Both the position numbers and the translations under genes were made by a program. Shown here in pieces: positions 10,130 through 19,979 of a DNA stretch of 64,000 nt (positions are counted from its first letter, which is position 1; each line of letters starts with the position of its first letter). Origin of the DNA: a virus. Lineage: Duplodnaviria; Caudoviricetes. The stretch lies in the IMG/VR virus record IMGVR_UViG_2534681837_000002, positions 13,498-77,497 of that record. One strand, 5' to 3'. The notes beneath the pieces are model-generated. The model did no database searches. It was given only the letters and a program-made list of their open reading frames with translations, and had not been told where the DNA came from.

Positions 10130-10296
10130 TGTTCTATTTGTTTAACATCAATTTTTGAAAGGATTCCGAGGACAATCGTTTTTGCTTGCGCTATGCCAGC
10201 TTTATAGCCCATTGGAAACCCTTCCCGATTACATAAATGAGCGTGAGAAGAATTTGCCCATTCACTGATTTCTTTGATTGCTTCTTCCTGTGTCAT
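10093..10296 (-). CDS. Hypothetical protein
   Basis: Likely start MTQEEA at 10296. Confidence 0.55.
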   Translation of the reverse strand: MTQEEAIKEISEWANSSHAHLCNREGFPMGYKAGIAQAKTIVLGILSKIDVKQIEQWEKTSRELQKP

Positions 10297-10304
10297 ATTC
10301 GTAT

Positions 10305-10523
10305 CTATTTCTCCAAATGTTTTACTGCCCAATCGTTATCTTTTCTCTGCAAGTGGAGTTCTGCTTTTTCTGGGTCAAACTCATAATGCTCGCATTTACG
10401 GCTATTTGTCATAGCGAGCAATAACGGAAAAAACATTCCATGCTTGCACCCTCTACCATATTCATCAGATGCAGATTTGCAAATATCGCATCTGTAAATA
10501 TCTTGTACACATGCTATGCCCAA
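10305..10523 (-). CDS. Small Cys-rich protein (CxxC...C...C)
   Basis: ORF with GGAGG RBS-like sequence upstream. Confidence 0.6.
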   Translation of the reverse strand: MGIACVQDIYRCDICKSASDEYGRGCKHGMFFPLLLAMTNSRKCEHYEFDPEKAELHLQRKDNDWAVKHLEK

Positions 10524-10546
10524 TATATTGCCTCCTTTCTTTCTTG

Positions 10547-10720
10547 CTATGGATGATTCTTGTTCCTTATTTCATCAAGTTTTTTGGCAAGTATTCTAAG
10601 GGTACTTGCACTTGTGGTTAAATGGCTGATATTATCAGCAAGATGTCCCGTTTCCATGAAATGAGATAAAGACTCGGACACTTTTTTTACTCCTTTTTTA
10701 ATATCATCAATTTCATTCAT
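10547..10720 (-). CDS. Small hypothetical protein (57 aa, MNEIDDIKKG...)
   Basis: Read by eye; fills the gap between neighbours. Confidence 0.5.
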   Translation of the reverse strand: MNEIDDIKKGVKKVSESLSHFMETGHLADNISHLTTSASTLRILAKKLDEIRNKNHP

Positions 10721-10744
10721 ATTCTTAGTTATTAGCTAAAATGA

Positions 10745-11008
10745 TTAATTTTCCTTTCTTTTAAATGTTATATCAAACTGGCTTACATTCTGGATTTCTT
10801 TCAGAGTCATCTCCTGAATGAAAGCATTTAACTTATCAATATCTACGTCGGTGCTACGCCCCCAAACGGTTGCTGCTGCCTGAACGGCATCTTGCATGGA
10901 GAAGCAGAATTGTGTCCAGTCGTCAAATTCCTCCCGGTCGTTTAGAATGGCAGTGATTCTCTTTTCCGCTTCAGCAATGTATTTTTTATTATGCTTTTTC
11001 TTTCGCAT
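10745..11008 (-). CDS. Hypothetical protein (87 aa)
   Basis: Likely start MRKKKH at 11008; the longer ORF runs into the repeat array. Confidence 0.65.
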   Translation of the reverse strand: MRKKKHNKKYIAEAEKRITAILNDREEFDDWTQFCFSMQDAVQAAATVWGRSTDVDIDKLNAFIQEMTLKEIQNVSQFDITFKRKEN

Positions 11009-11137
11009 CGTATCGTTATTAATAGATTCAACAATATTTTTTTCGGAGTACTGTTTCAGTCTCCGGATTGCATTTGTAGATGATCCGCACATGTACCTTT
11101 GTGCCAGTTTTTTGCAAGCACTTGAGAAGACCGGCAT

Positions 11138-11345
11138 GACACATGTGTAAGGCAGGCCGACTCGCATATGCGAAGTAACCCAACTCACATATGTGAGGTA
11201 AGTTGGCTCGCATATGCGAGGTAGACTGGTTCACACCTGTGAGGTAACTGGAGACACAGGGATGTCATGCCCGGACACATCCGTGTGTCGTACCGGGGGA
11301 CATCCGTATGTCACACTGGGGGACATCCGTGTGTCTTCCCCCCAC
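11138..11345. repeat. Array of nine ~23-bp units, each a 14-16 bp (near-)palindrome plus short linker
   Basis: Units at about 11138, 11161, 11184, 11207, 11230, 11253, 11274, 11298, 11321, e.g. ctcacatatgtgag, ctcgcatatgcgag, gacacatccgtgtgtc. Confidence 0.85.
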
Positions 11346-11354
11346 CTATAAGTA

Positions 11355-11825
11355 TCAAAAAGTAAAACCAATAAAGCCCTTGGTATCCCCTTTGAAAAGA
11401 TGCTCATGGTTCACGTCATCATATTTATAGGTACTGAACTTTTTAGCTTCGGGAACATAATCGCCACGTACCCAAACCGGGGCGGTATCCGATTCTTTGA
11501 AACGGAAGAGTTCCCCTTTTTTCATCTCGCGGATTGTCTTCTGCGTGTAGACAGACGGCGGTTCCTCTTCACCGTATGCTTTCCGGACTATCTTCCTGAC
11601 TTCATCGACGGGGAAAAGGAATTCTTCATCGGTGACGTAGTAAGCTATCTGGTCATCAGTTGCAGTTACTGCCTCTGGCGGCTCTTCTTCGTGAAGACCG
11701 TCTTTCGCCAGCTCATCGGCTAAAGACTGGACGGAGATTTGCCTGTAACCAATAGAGCTTCCCAGGTCAATGTATGCACCGGGATATTTAATACCTTTAT
11801 ATTCAATCGGTTCTGAATTTCTCAT
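11355..11825 (-). CDS. Hypothetical two-domain protein (156 aa)
   Basis: ORF in operon. Confidence 0.75.
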   Translation of the reverse strand: MRNSEPIEYKGIKYPGAYIDLGSSIGYRQISVQSLADELAKDGLHEEEPPEAVTATDDQIAYYVTDEEFLFPVDEVRKIVRKAYGEEEPPSVYTQKTIREMKKGELFRFKESDTAPVWVRGDYVPEAKKFSTYKYDDVNHEHLFKGDTKGFIGFTF

Positions 11826-11827
11826 TG

Positions 11828-12202
11828 TTATTTCGTTTTAGTTTTCAAAGGAATAGTTGCTTGGGGCTGTTTGCAATGATTTTCAAATTCGAACATAGCA
11901 TTGTCCGGACTACCAAAAGCCAGACGCATTTTCTCTTCATATTCAATTTCAGGAATCATTTGCTTTAATTTGTCATCGACAAACGAACGAAACAACGTTT
12001 TTTTAAGATACTTCCCACATAGCTTATCCCCTACCGAAAGTGCTATATCCGTTCCGGAATGATTATCGGCAGACAGAACGACCTCAGCATTATTGTACTT
12101 TTCTTCTACTGCACAAACTGCAAGTGAAGGTGTCTCAGCTTCAATCTCTACTTTCTTTTCGAGATATTCACGAATAACGACTTGATATGTTTCCATAGGC
12201 AT
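11828..12202 (-). CDS. DpnD/PcfM-like protein
   Basis: YQVVIREYLEKKVEIEAET...AVEEKYNNAEVVLSADN matches the DpnD/PcfM pattern. Confidence 0.75.
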   Translation of the reverse strand: MPMETYQVVIREYLEKKVEIEAETPSLAVCAVEEKYNNAEVVLSADNHSGTDIALSVGDKLCGKYLKKTLFRSFVDDKLKQMIPEIEYEEKMRLAFGSPDNAMFEFENHCKQPQATIPLKTKTK

Positions 12203-12256
12203 TATTTTAGTCTTTGGTTTCTTACTTTGATTTCTCTTTCTATGTTAGCAACTTCT

Positions 12257-12619
12257 TTATAAAGCTGTGTCACTGGCAACTTGGTTAGCATCATCCGGAT
12301 GAATAATCAACTTCCCACAATCAGGGCAGTATACGTCACGGCTACGATCACGAAAAATATCCCGCCATGTATTACACAACTTACAGTCCGTTGATTTGTC
12401 TTTTTTCGTAGTAAACTCTTTGTCTGTCAGTGCCGTTTCTTCCCACCCGTCAGCATCGGCAAGTCCCATTGAATAAGCATCGTACTCTCCCGGTGTATTG
12501 AATGTTTTTACATCGACTACACCGCCATGGTCATTGAGAAACTTTCTTGAAGGGACTTTGCCAGTCTCATCATATCTGTAGACGGCTGAACCGCCACATA
12601 TTACTGTTGCTTTTATCAT
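12257..12619 (-). CDS. Hypothetical protein with C-terminal CxxC...CPDC zinc ribbon
   Basis: ORF; Cys motifs. Confidence 0.7.
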   Translation of the reverse strand: MIKATVICGGSAVYRYDETGKVPSRKFLNDHGGVVDVKTFNTPGEYDAYSMGLADADGWEETALTDKEFTTKKDKSTDCKLCNTWRDIFRDRSRDVYCPDCGKLIIHPDDANQVASDTAL

Positions 12620-12695
12620 ACTTCAATCTTTTTATAATGTCACTCTGATTTATAATCTCAGGCTACGTTTTATCACAAATGCTCTTTATTGATAC

Positions 12696-13202
12696 CTAAT
12701 CGTTGTAGACAGAATCCCACTCCGTATAGTAACACTCATCATTCTTATCAAACCGTGCCTCTTTCTCTTTTTCCGAAAGGTCAGACAGTTTTTCGCCCTC
12801 ATTAAGCAAAAACATATTCATGTCCTGTTCATCCTGGGTATAGTGAACATCAAGACACTTCTTTGAGCAATAATACTCGCCACCCCAATAGTAGCCTTTC
12901 TTCATGGGTTTACCACAATGGTCACATCGGCGAATATGATCGTCGTCCTCGTTCTCCAGCTTGCCGAGATGAGATTTCTCTATCACTCTATCCAATTGCG
13001 TGCGATATTTATCAACTACTTCCTGCACTATATCAGCATCCATCGGCTCCCTTCTGAGAGAAAACAGATTATTCCGGACACGCCGGACATCATTCAGGGC
13101 ATATCCCATTGCCACAATTTCATTTTCACCATGCAGTTTCCAATATGCAAGGCAGTTTTTGTAATGAGTTTCAAGTATCTTGATTTGCTTTTCTTTTATC
13201 AT
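12696..13202 (-). CDS. Hypothetical protein with CDHC...YYCSKKC zinc finger
   Basis: ORF; TRASH/MYND-like Cys spacing. Confidence 0.7.
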   Translation of the reverse strand: MIKEKQIKILETHYKNCLAYWKLHGENEIVAMGYALNDVRRVRNNLFSLRREPMDADIVQEVVDKYRTQLDRVIEKSHLGKLENEDDDHIRRCDHCGKPMKKGYYWGGEYYCSKKCLDVHYTQDEQDMNMFLLNEGEKLSDLSEKEKEARFDKNDECYYTEWDSVYND

Positions 13203-13285
13203 AAGTTTGTTAGGTATTGTTTGGTTATGTGATGAGGTAACTTAGATTTTGGTTAGCTTACATTTGCATGAACTTTCACATCATA

Positions 13286-13696
13286 TCAATCCTGATGTCC
13301 GTCGTCCATAGTGAAGAAGTCAAAGATTCGTTTTTTAAGGCGGTCATCATTAACAGCTACTTTCTTGATACGGTTAAATGCCTGTCTGGCAATACAGAAC
13401 TGTTTGTCTAAATAAGAATCACGGAGCTGGCATCTCGCCTCGTTTACAGCTTCAAAACAAGAGTAACATGTTAATTCAACCGGGTTATCCTTCGCGTCCT
13501 TTATTGTAAAGTTTGCTTTGGTATCGTGAGCCCTGACAATAAAAGGCTCCTTCTTCCCTACCCTGAATAGTTCTAATTTCTGATTTGAAAGGTCAAAATT
13601 GCGGATGCCATCTATTTTGGCACTTCTAATGTCAAAATCACCGTCAATAAAATACAGGCTGTCACCCATATTCAAGTCTTTAAATGTTTTCATCAT
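13286..13696 (-). CDS. Hypothetical protein (136 aa)
   Basis: ORF in operon. Confidence 0.7.
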   Translation of the reverse strand: MMKTFKDLNMGDSLYFIDGDFDIRSAKIDGIRNFDLSNQKLELFRVGKKEPFIVRAHDTKANFTIKDAKDNPVELTCYSCFEAVNEARCQLRDSYLDKQFCIARQAFNRIKKVAVNDDRLKKRIFDFFTMDDGHQD

Positions 13697-13709
13697 AAAC
13701 TTATTATAT

Positions 13710-14177
13710 TTATAACGTGATACTTGAGATTCTACCCAAATCTATTTCTTCCTCTTTGCCCTCGGCTGAAGAAACAAACAGATGGGTATTGGATACTCTG
13801 ACGAAAGTGTACTCACACTTCACTCCATCTACAGAGAGCTTAATCACTTCCCCCTGAACAAAGGATTTTAAAACCTGGTATCTACTGAAACCTTTAGTAT
13901 TAAAAGAAAACTTATGCAACTGATCATATTCAGTGCTCCGGATTCCTTCCGGAAGTTGGTAGTACAGAAGAGCCTCCAGATTCATGAGATTTTGCTTAAT
14001 CCCGGCTTTCTCAAAAATCTTCTTTTCGAGTCCAAAGTATGCTTTCTTTACAGCATTATACCAATCGATGTTATTATTACCAATCAATATCCCTTCGCTG
14101 ATAGCTTGCCGCTTCGTGTCTTGTAGGAAGACACACAGATTAAGCAATGTTTTATTCATGGGCATTGAATCATTCAT
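13710..14177 (-). CDS. Hypothetical protein (155 aa)
   Basis: ORF in operon. Confidence 0.7.
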   Translation of the reverse strand: MNDSMPMNKTLLNLCVFLQDTKRQAISEGILIGNNNIDWYNAVKKAYFGLEKKIFEKAGIKQNLMNLEALLYYQLPEGIRSTEYDQLHKFSFNTKGFSRYQVLKSFVQGEVIKLSVDGVKCEYTFVRVSNTHLFVSSAEGKEEEIDLGRISSITL

Positions 14178-14200
14178 ATTATCCTATATTTATTAATGAG

Positions 14201-14938
14201 TTAAACGAGTTTAGCGTAGAATTCACGGAAATACTCAACCGCTTCCTCTTCCGTAGGAGTCCAGTTCTTATCCCAACCCAGTATGTCCGACAAGAATTCC
14301 GATTTCCTTTTAGAGTTGGAAACTTCTTCCAGGCAAGAGTCGTGCAGTTCACTACTCATACTCTTTTTCAAAGAAGCAAAAATCAGATCTACAACATCAA
14401 ACGTCGGCTTCTTAAGTGTTTCGCTCAGATACTCGGTCAACCATTGGAAGTTAGTACCGTAGAACTTGGCTTCCGCCTGGCAACGCTTCCAAACCTCTTC
14501 CGGCATGACTTCATCTATCCATGTCCCTTCGCTGCAAGAGCGTTTGAACGCCCTGACACATTGGCGGATGATATTCTCACACGCCGCATTATCATCCCTG
14601 TTGTTTTCCAACCATGTAAAGACTTTGTTGCCGTAAGTATCAAGCCCTTCAAGTTGATAATCTTCCTCTTTAATATCCAGTTCAAGTATCGGAAGTGGGG
14701 CAATACCATCATCTTCCCAAATGTCAATATGAAGATTATTCACTTTCATGGTTCCCCTCATCGGAGGAATATGTCTGGAAATGTCTTTGAACACCGGCTC
14801 ACGTCCCAACGTCATATTCCCCTTATCATTGATAATAAATAGCTCGTACCACTTTTGAGGGTTAGCATCCGCTTCTTTTATTTCCTTTCGGTACGTTTTC
14901 TTAATAGCCGAAAGCTGTTCTTTCACTTGTTGATTCAT
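14201..14938 (-). CDS. Hypothetical protein (245 aa)
   Basis: True start likely MNQQVK at 14938; the upstream ORF extension lies in intron domains V-VI. Confidence 0.75.
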   Translation of the reverse strand: MNQQVKEQLSAIKKTYRKEIKEADANPQKWYELFIINDKGNMTLGREPVFKDISRHIPPMRGTMKVNNLHIDIWEDDGIAPLPILELDIKEEDYQLEGLDTYGNKVFTWLENNRDDNAACENIIRQCVRAFKRSCSEGTWIDEVMPEEVWKRCQAEAKFYGTNFQWLTEYLSETLKKPTFDVVDLIFASLKKSMSSELHDSCLEEVSNSKRKSEFLSDILGWDKNWTPTEEEAVEYFREFYAKLV

Positions 14939-14970
14939 ATTTTTGATTATTAGATGGTAACAAACAGGCA

Positions 14971-16893
14971 ATCGAGTAGGAGGAAAACGAAGTAGTTTTC
15001 TTCCTACTTTCGCTTTCCGACCTCTCACACCACCACGCATGCCGTTCGGCACGTGGCGGTTCTTTACTTACGATGCAATTTACTGTAATACTCCATCAAG
15101 GTAGGGTACCCCACTAGTTTCAATTTGTCATTATCCATGGCAGAAGTTAGGATTCTGCTCCCAGCTATACACCAATACCCTAAGCGAGTATTGGCATGTT
15201 GCCAGGCATAGAACTTACTGATGCCACACTTCTGCAAATTGGCAAACCGAGTTTTGACCTTCTTCCAGTATTTCCATATACACATGCGTATCCTACGACG
15301 AAGCCATTCATCTATACGTTTCAGATAACTCTGCATATCTGCCAACTGAAAGTATTCAATCCAGCTACGTATAAACAGATGAAGCTTTGATTTGCGCTGC
15401 TCATACCCCATACCATTACTTCTTCCGGTCAGTTCTTTCAAGCGAACTTTCAGTTTAAGGTAACTTTTGGGATGGACAGATAAGCGACATTCGCCATTCT
15501 TTACATAAAAAGAATAACCCAGAAACTTCATGCCACGAACATAACCAACGCTGGTTTTATCTTGATTTACCTTTAGGAAAAGATCTTTCTCAATAAAAGC
15601 GCTTATGCTCTTCTTTACACGCAGGGCAGAACGTTTACTCTTACAGAAAATCATACAGTCGTCCGCATAACGCACAAACTTGTGCCCACGGGATTCCAAC
15701 TCTGTATCCAATTCATGGAGCATAACATTGCTCAGCAAGGGGCTTAAAGGTCCTCCTTGGACAGTTCCCTGAACACGGCTCTCGTAGTGACCATCTACCA
15801 TTGCCCCCGAGAGGAGGTATTTATGGACGAGGGAGATAACACGACCATCCTTCACGGTGCGTGACAAAATCTCTATCAACTTGCTATGATTAACTGTGTC
15901 GAAGAACTTTTCTAAGTCCAAGTCAACACAGTATTTATGACCACTATTGATATGAGATTGGGCGCGCCGCAAGGCTTGGTGAGCACTGCGTTTAGGGCGG
16001 AAGCCAAAGCTGTTGTCACTGAACTGGCGTTCGTAAAGCGGACTAAGCACCTGGCTGATGGATTGTTGAATAAGACGGTCAATAACGGTAGGAATACCTA
16101 ATTGACGTTTCTTACCTCCATCCTTGGGAATTTCAACCCGCCGGACGGGATTGGGACGATAGCTACCGTCCAACAAAGAGTTTATCAGTTCGTCTTTATG
16201 GAGTTTCAGGTAAGGAAGTAAATCTTCCGTTTCCATCTTATCGACACCTCCACAGCTACCGTTGGCCACGACCTGCTTGTAGGCGCGGTTCATGTTTGCG
16301 GGCGACACAATACGTTCCAATAAAGCATCTTTGGTAAATTGCGCTTCCACGAGGTGGTTTTCAGTTATCCCAATAAAGGTCTGCACTCCGGCATAGCTTT
16401 CGGATTCCGTCCTATCCTTTTGCCGGCAGTTATCACTCAATGTTGATATTTTCTGCATTCGTTCCTTTATTTGGTAACATTCATTGACTACTCGCTTAAA
16501 TAAAGTTCAGACCTTCCCCGAATGCCGATTTTTTTTTCGGGTACTATGTCGTCTGCTGACTTCTCACAGCAAGCTTTACTCCGTGCTTCTAAAAAAAAAA
16601 AACATCTGCACGTCTGTGAGACCTCCCCAGTTAAGAATACATTCTTTCCATCTTATACCTGCCGGATTTACTTTGGATGTTTCCGGATAGTTATAAGGCT
16701 TTGTCTTGTTTAGCAGACTAACCCACATCCTTTAGCCTTATATCCGGTTTCTGTACGTCAGGCCAGATGTTTGCCGCTACCTTCCTTCAGATTCCAACTC
16801 ACGATGGACACCCTTGGCGTTGGCTAAACACTTCCCACTATCAGGGCGTGTTAGGGACTTGCACCCATTAGAATATACCCATGCTGGGCGAAC
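14971..16893 (-). mobile_element. Group IIC self-splicing intron
   Basis: 5' end GTTCGCCCAGCATGGG at 16893 right after a terminator; domain V AACCGCCACGTGCCGAACGGCATGCGTGGTGGTGTGAGAGG after the IEP stop; 3' end CCTACTCGAT at 14971. Confidence 0.92.
15064..16458 (-). CDS. ltrA: Group II intron reverse transcriptase/maturase, no endonuclease domain
   Basis: RQLGIPTVIDR, YGFRP-like FGFRPKRS, DLEKFFD, QGGPLSPLLSN, RYADD, FLGY, C-terminal maturase (WLRRRIR..IWK.W). Confidence 0.97.
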   Translation of the reverse strand: MQKISTLSDNCRQKDRTESESYAGVQTFIGITENHLVEAQFTKDALLERIVSPANMNRAYKQVVANGSCGGVDKMETEDLLPYLKLHKDELINSLLDGSYRPNPVRRVEIPKDGGKKRQLGIPTVIDRLIQQSISQVLSPLYERQFSDNSFGFRPKRSAHQALRRAQSHINSGHKYCVDLDLEKFFDTVNHSKLIEILSRTVKDGRVISLVHKYLLSGAMVDGHYESRVQGTVQGGPLSPLLSNVMLHELDTELESRGHKFVRYADDCMIFCKSKRSALRVKKSISAFIEKDLFLKVNQDKTSVGYVRGMKFLGYSFYVKNGECRLSVHPKSYLKLKVRLKELTGRSNGMGYEQRKSKLHLFIRSWIEYFQLADMQSYLKRIDEWLRRRIRMCIWKYWKKVKTRFANLQKCGISKFYAWQHANTRLGYWCIAGSRILTSAMDNDKLKLVGYPTLMEYYSKLHRK

Positions 16894-16934
16894 TAAAAAA
16901 GCCCGCTTATTCATCGAGTGAACAATAAGCGAGC
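16894..16934 (-). terminator. Intrinsic terminator, intron target site
   Basis: Stem 16901-16911/16924-16934 plus T6 on minus strand, abutting intron 5' end. Confidence 0.85.
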
Positions 16935-17005
16935 TTACAAGTTTGAGAGACAAAAAATATTATATCTCTGTATCTGTAGAATCTAATTAGTTTTATGTGG
17001 CCGTA

Positions 17006-17509
17006 TCAATCCAACCAATCTTGAGCCACCTTTAACACATTCTTCTTCTTCATTATTCTAAATGCTTCCTTTCCATATATTTCTTCCTCACAATTTTCAC
17101 ACACCAGGCTGAAGATATATTCTCTTTCTTTATCCGGATTAAAATAGAACACATCACCTCCGCATTTCTTGCATTTATGATGAATTGAACAATCGGTCTT
17201 AAGATAGGCAGTATAACTCTCATTACTTAAATTATTAAAAGAGTCCACGTCCTCTTGATTATCAAACAAAAGAGCATTTTTAAAATATGTATTTCCAGTG
17301 ATCCACATCCAAGAGTCATTAGCATCATCAATGCCATTATATATGATTTCCGAGCACAATCGCCTACACTCATCTTGACATACTTTGGAATGAATCGAAT
17401 GAATATGATTAATAATCGAAATATCATCACCAACACAGTCAAAAGAACCAATTATTAAATCACCACAACGATCCTTATTATCAGATTCCATCTCTATATT
17501 TTCTTCCAT
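17006..17509 (-). CDS. Hypothetical protein with C-terminal CKKC...CENC zinc ribbon
   Basis: ORF; Cys motifs. Confidence 0.7.
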   Translation of the reverse strand: MEENIEMESDNKDRCGDLIIGSFDCVGDDISIINHIHSIHSKVCQDECRRLCSEIIYNGIDDANDSWMWITGNTYFKNALLFDNQEDVDSFNNLSNESYTAYLKTDCSIHHKCKKCGGDVFYFNPDKEREYIFSLVCENCEEEIYGKEAFRIMKKKNVLKVAQDWLD

Positions 17510-17636
17510 GCAAACATTTAATTATAATACATTTCTTGCAAATGTATGAAAATAAACAGAAAACCAAACCAAGAGAATGAAGATATTACATTTCAATCCT
17601 CATTACCAATTGTGCAGTAATCGGCTCTAATGGTTA

Positions 17637-19019
17637 TTATTCATCTTTGTTACGAGTATTCCACAAAGCAATCTGCTGCTCTTCGGGTAAAGTCTCCCAG
17701 TATTTCATGCAAACCAGACGAAATTCATCATAATTGCCAGCGAATTTGTTACCTGTTATTTCTTCAAGAACTGCGCTGGTAAGATGAACAAACCAACCTT
17801 TCATTTCTGCAAACAAATCTTCATGACTCCATAACCGAGTGTAATTATCACAAACATGACACCAGTTATTCCCACTGTCTTTTTGGTCGCCGACATCATC
17901 AACAAAATCATTACCAATATTAGGCTTTACCCATGCCTGGGTTTCTACATTCGACGAGCCACATTCCGCACAATAAAGTATCGGGGCCATTGGCTCGAAC
18001 TCACTGGCGGACAAAAAGCCAAATTTCTTGAGCCACTTAACAATTTCGAGCAAACCTTCCAGACATACTGTCTCAATAGGCATGTCGTAATCATCACCAC
18101 TCTCACCATTGAGCGAACACATTAGCTGAAAGGTGACAGTATCTTTATAAAGGTCATAGACATGAGCGGCATTGTATCCACCATAAGTAGAAAAATCACA
18201 GCTCCGGAGATTTACTATGATTCCATTGTCATATTCTTCCTCAATATTGTCCTGACAATGGTGCTTGCCGATGTTCTTATAAAAAGTGCCAATACACATT
18301 TCATTCTTCTCAACAACTCTGGAGATTATACATATCAGCTTTTTGCGAAGTTTTTCCAATTGATACTCTTCGCTAGTATGTCCGGTAGCAATGACTGGTT
18401 TGTCCAATGCCGGGCGGATACCTTTCAGCGAAATGCGGTCGCACAAAATGCAAGGATGCTCCTCACGGAATACATCACATATTTCTTGCGAACTGTTCTG
18501 GTTACCGTTGATGTCAGTAATGGGTATCAGGCAGCAGTTGTGTTTTAAAAGGTATGCTTCAATTTTATCAATGTCCTCATGTTCGAAAGCAACATAAGTA
18601 TTCTCTTTTTCAAAGCTGGCAACCAGTTCATCATGCACCCAGACTTCCTTCCAGCTATCTCCCGGATTAAGCATGACGCCGACTGTTTCGGTATTCACAA
18701 AGTAAGTGATAGCCTTCTTCACATTCGATACGAACTCTTTGTCAAAATCCGGTTCATTCAGTCCTTGTATCGTACAGATTCCATAGTTATAGCCACCCAG
18801 CTGATAGAAAGTTTCTTCATTCCAAGTGGTTAGCTTGACTCCGATATACTCACTGGCAGTTTTGTTTTCCCTATCGATGTTCAGATAAACGTTAACGCTG
18901 TCGCCTATCCGGAACTGCTTCACAAACAAGGCAAAATCCTCAAGTGATAATATTTTCAACCGCTCCTGACGGTCTGATGTTATGAAATAATTTTCTTCAT
19001 TTTTCCTAATAGTATCCAT
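17637..19019 (-). CDS. Multidomain (polyvalent-like) hypothetical protein (460 aa)
   Basis: Long ORF; C-terminal CAECGS..AWVKPN..CHVC domain shared with 7502-8344. Confidence 0.8.
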   Translation of the reverse strand: MDTIRKNEENYFITSDRQERLKILSLEDFALFVKQFRIGDSVNVYLNIDRENKTASEYIGVKLTTWNEETFYQLGGYNYGICTIQGLNEPDFDKEFVSNVKKAITYFVNTETVGVMLNPGDSWKEVWVHDELVASFEKENTYVAFEHEDIDKIEAYLLKHNCCLIPITDINGNQNSSQEICDVFREEHPCILCDRISLKGIRPALDKPVIATGHTSEEYQLEKLRKKLICIISRVVEKNEMCIGTFYKNIGKHHCQDNIEEEYDNGIIVNLRSCDFSTYGGYNAAHVYDLYKDTVTFQLMCSLNGESGDDYDMPIETVCLEGLLEIVKWLKKFGFLSASEFEPMAPILYCAECGSSNVETQAWVKPNIGNDFVDDVGDQKDSGNNWCHVCDNYTRLWSHEDLFAEMKGWFVHLTSAVLEEITGNKFAGNYDEFRLVCMKYWETLPEEQQIALWNTRNKDE

Positions 19020-19030
19020 AATATTGAGTG

Positions 19031-19255
19031 TTAATCTTTAATGAATAGAAAATCTGCACAATTGCCGGCCAATGTCCCGGCATCGTTATAATGGTAAAAG
19101 CCTTCCGTCGTGAAATCAACACTAACAGGACTGCCTTCTACTTTCTCCAAAAACTTTCTAATTTCGGCCTTCTCCATGTCATTAATACCAGAATAGTCAT
19201 CACTAATGAGTGGAGATGCCCAATAAACGGGCAACCGGTAAATGGTCTTTATCAT
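19031..19255 (-). CDS. Small conserved phage protein (LPVYWAS..DDYSG)
   Basis: ORF; motif common in phage small proteins. Confidence 0.65.
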   Translation of the reverse strand: MIKTIYRLPVYWASPLISDDYSGINDMEKAEIRKFLEKVEGSPVSVDFTTEGFYHYNDAGTLAGNCADFLFIKD

Positions 19256-19653
19256 ATTAGTCTATTAAAGATGTTCAAATAATCTGTAATTTGGTCAGCA
19301 TCATTGAGAAGTCTTGAAGGCATACATTGAGCTCCCTTTTCATTCAGGAACTTAATGTATATCTGTCCCGATGCAGGATTGGGAATATAAAGGATAGCAA
19401 ATTTCCGAGACTTGAGCATCAGATAGAAAAATCCGGTGGTAGTCCCATACTGGAACGTAATGATTTGCCCAGTATCTCGGCATAATTCATTCACAATAGG
19501 CAAGACAATCGTTTCACAAATCACGAGGGAAAGGCTCCAACGTGGTACTGTTGGAAGATGTATATAAGGGATACCCCGTCGCACCATACGCTTATCATGC
19601 TCCATCTTTGTAACAAGTTCTCGAAGAGAACGGGCTAAATGTTGTGTATTCAT
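19252..19653 (-). CDS. Hypothetical protein
   Basis: Likely start MNTQHL at 19653. Confidence 0.65.
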   Translation of the reverse strand: MNTQHLARSLRELVTKMEHDKRMVRRGIPYIHLPTVPRWSLSLVICETIVLPIVNELCRDTGQIITFQYGTTTGFFYLMLKSRKFAILYIPNPASGQIYIKFLNEKGAQCMPSRLLNDADQITDYLNIFNRLI

Positions 19654-19669
19654 ATTCTTGTTATTAGTC

Positions 19670-19734
19670 AAAAAAAAATGTCCGAACTTAACTGCTCGGA
19701 CACAAAAAAAGCGGTGAAGTCTTGAACTTACCGC
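19670..19734 (-). terminator. Two tandem intrinsic terminators
   Basis: A9-tgtccga..tcggaca and A7-gcggt..accgc on plus strand. Confidence 0.75.
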
Positions 19735-19796
19735 CTATAAACTAGCTATATAAAATCAATATTCTGATTCCATAAGGTACAATTAAAATATAAATA

Positions 19797-19979
19797 CTAT
19801 CTAATCACAAGATCGATATTTAGGAACTTCAACATCATTTCTATTTTTTCTTGTCCCAAATTCATTTTTCCATTAAAAAAAAGAGACATTGAGCTTTTAG
19901 CTACTCCTATTAATTCCGCAAGGTCTTTTGATTTAATCTTACGGATTTTCATTGCCTCTATTATCACCTCTCTTATCAT
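19797..19979 (-). CDS. XRE/Cro-type helix-turn-helix regulator (60 aa)
   Basis: IKSKDLAELIGVAKSSMSLFFNG HTH pattern. Confidence 0.85.
   Translation of the reverse strand: MIREVIIEAMKIRKIKSKDLAELIGVAKSSMSLFFNGKMNLGQEKIEMMLKFLNIDLVIR

Noticed and set aside
11138-11345. Mini-CRISPR array
   Set aside because: Linkers are only 7-9 nt and the palindromic cores diverge; no cas genes.
14147-14842. Long plus-strand ORF (231 aa) and similar antisense ORFs (e.g. 27247-27846, 31260-31766, 38100-38684, 58626-59309, 59981-60547)
   Set aside because: Shadow frames fully overlapping better-supported genes on the opposite strand.
14939-15052. N-terminal extension of ORF 14201-15052
   Set aside because: It reads through intron domains V-VI; the real start is at 14938.
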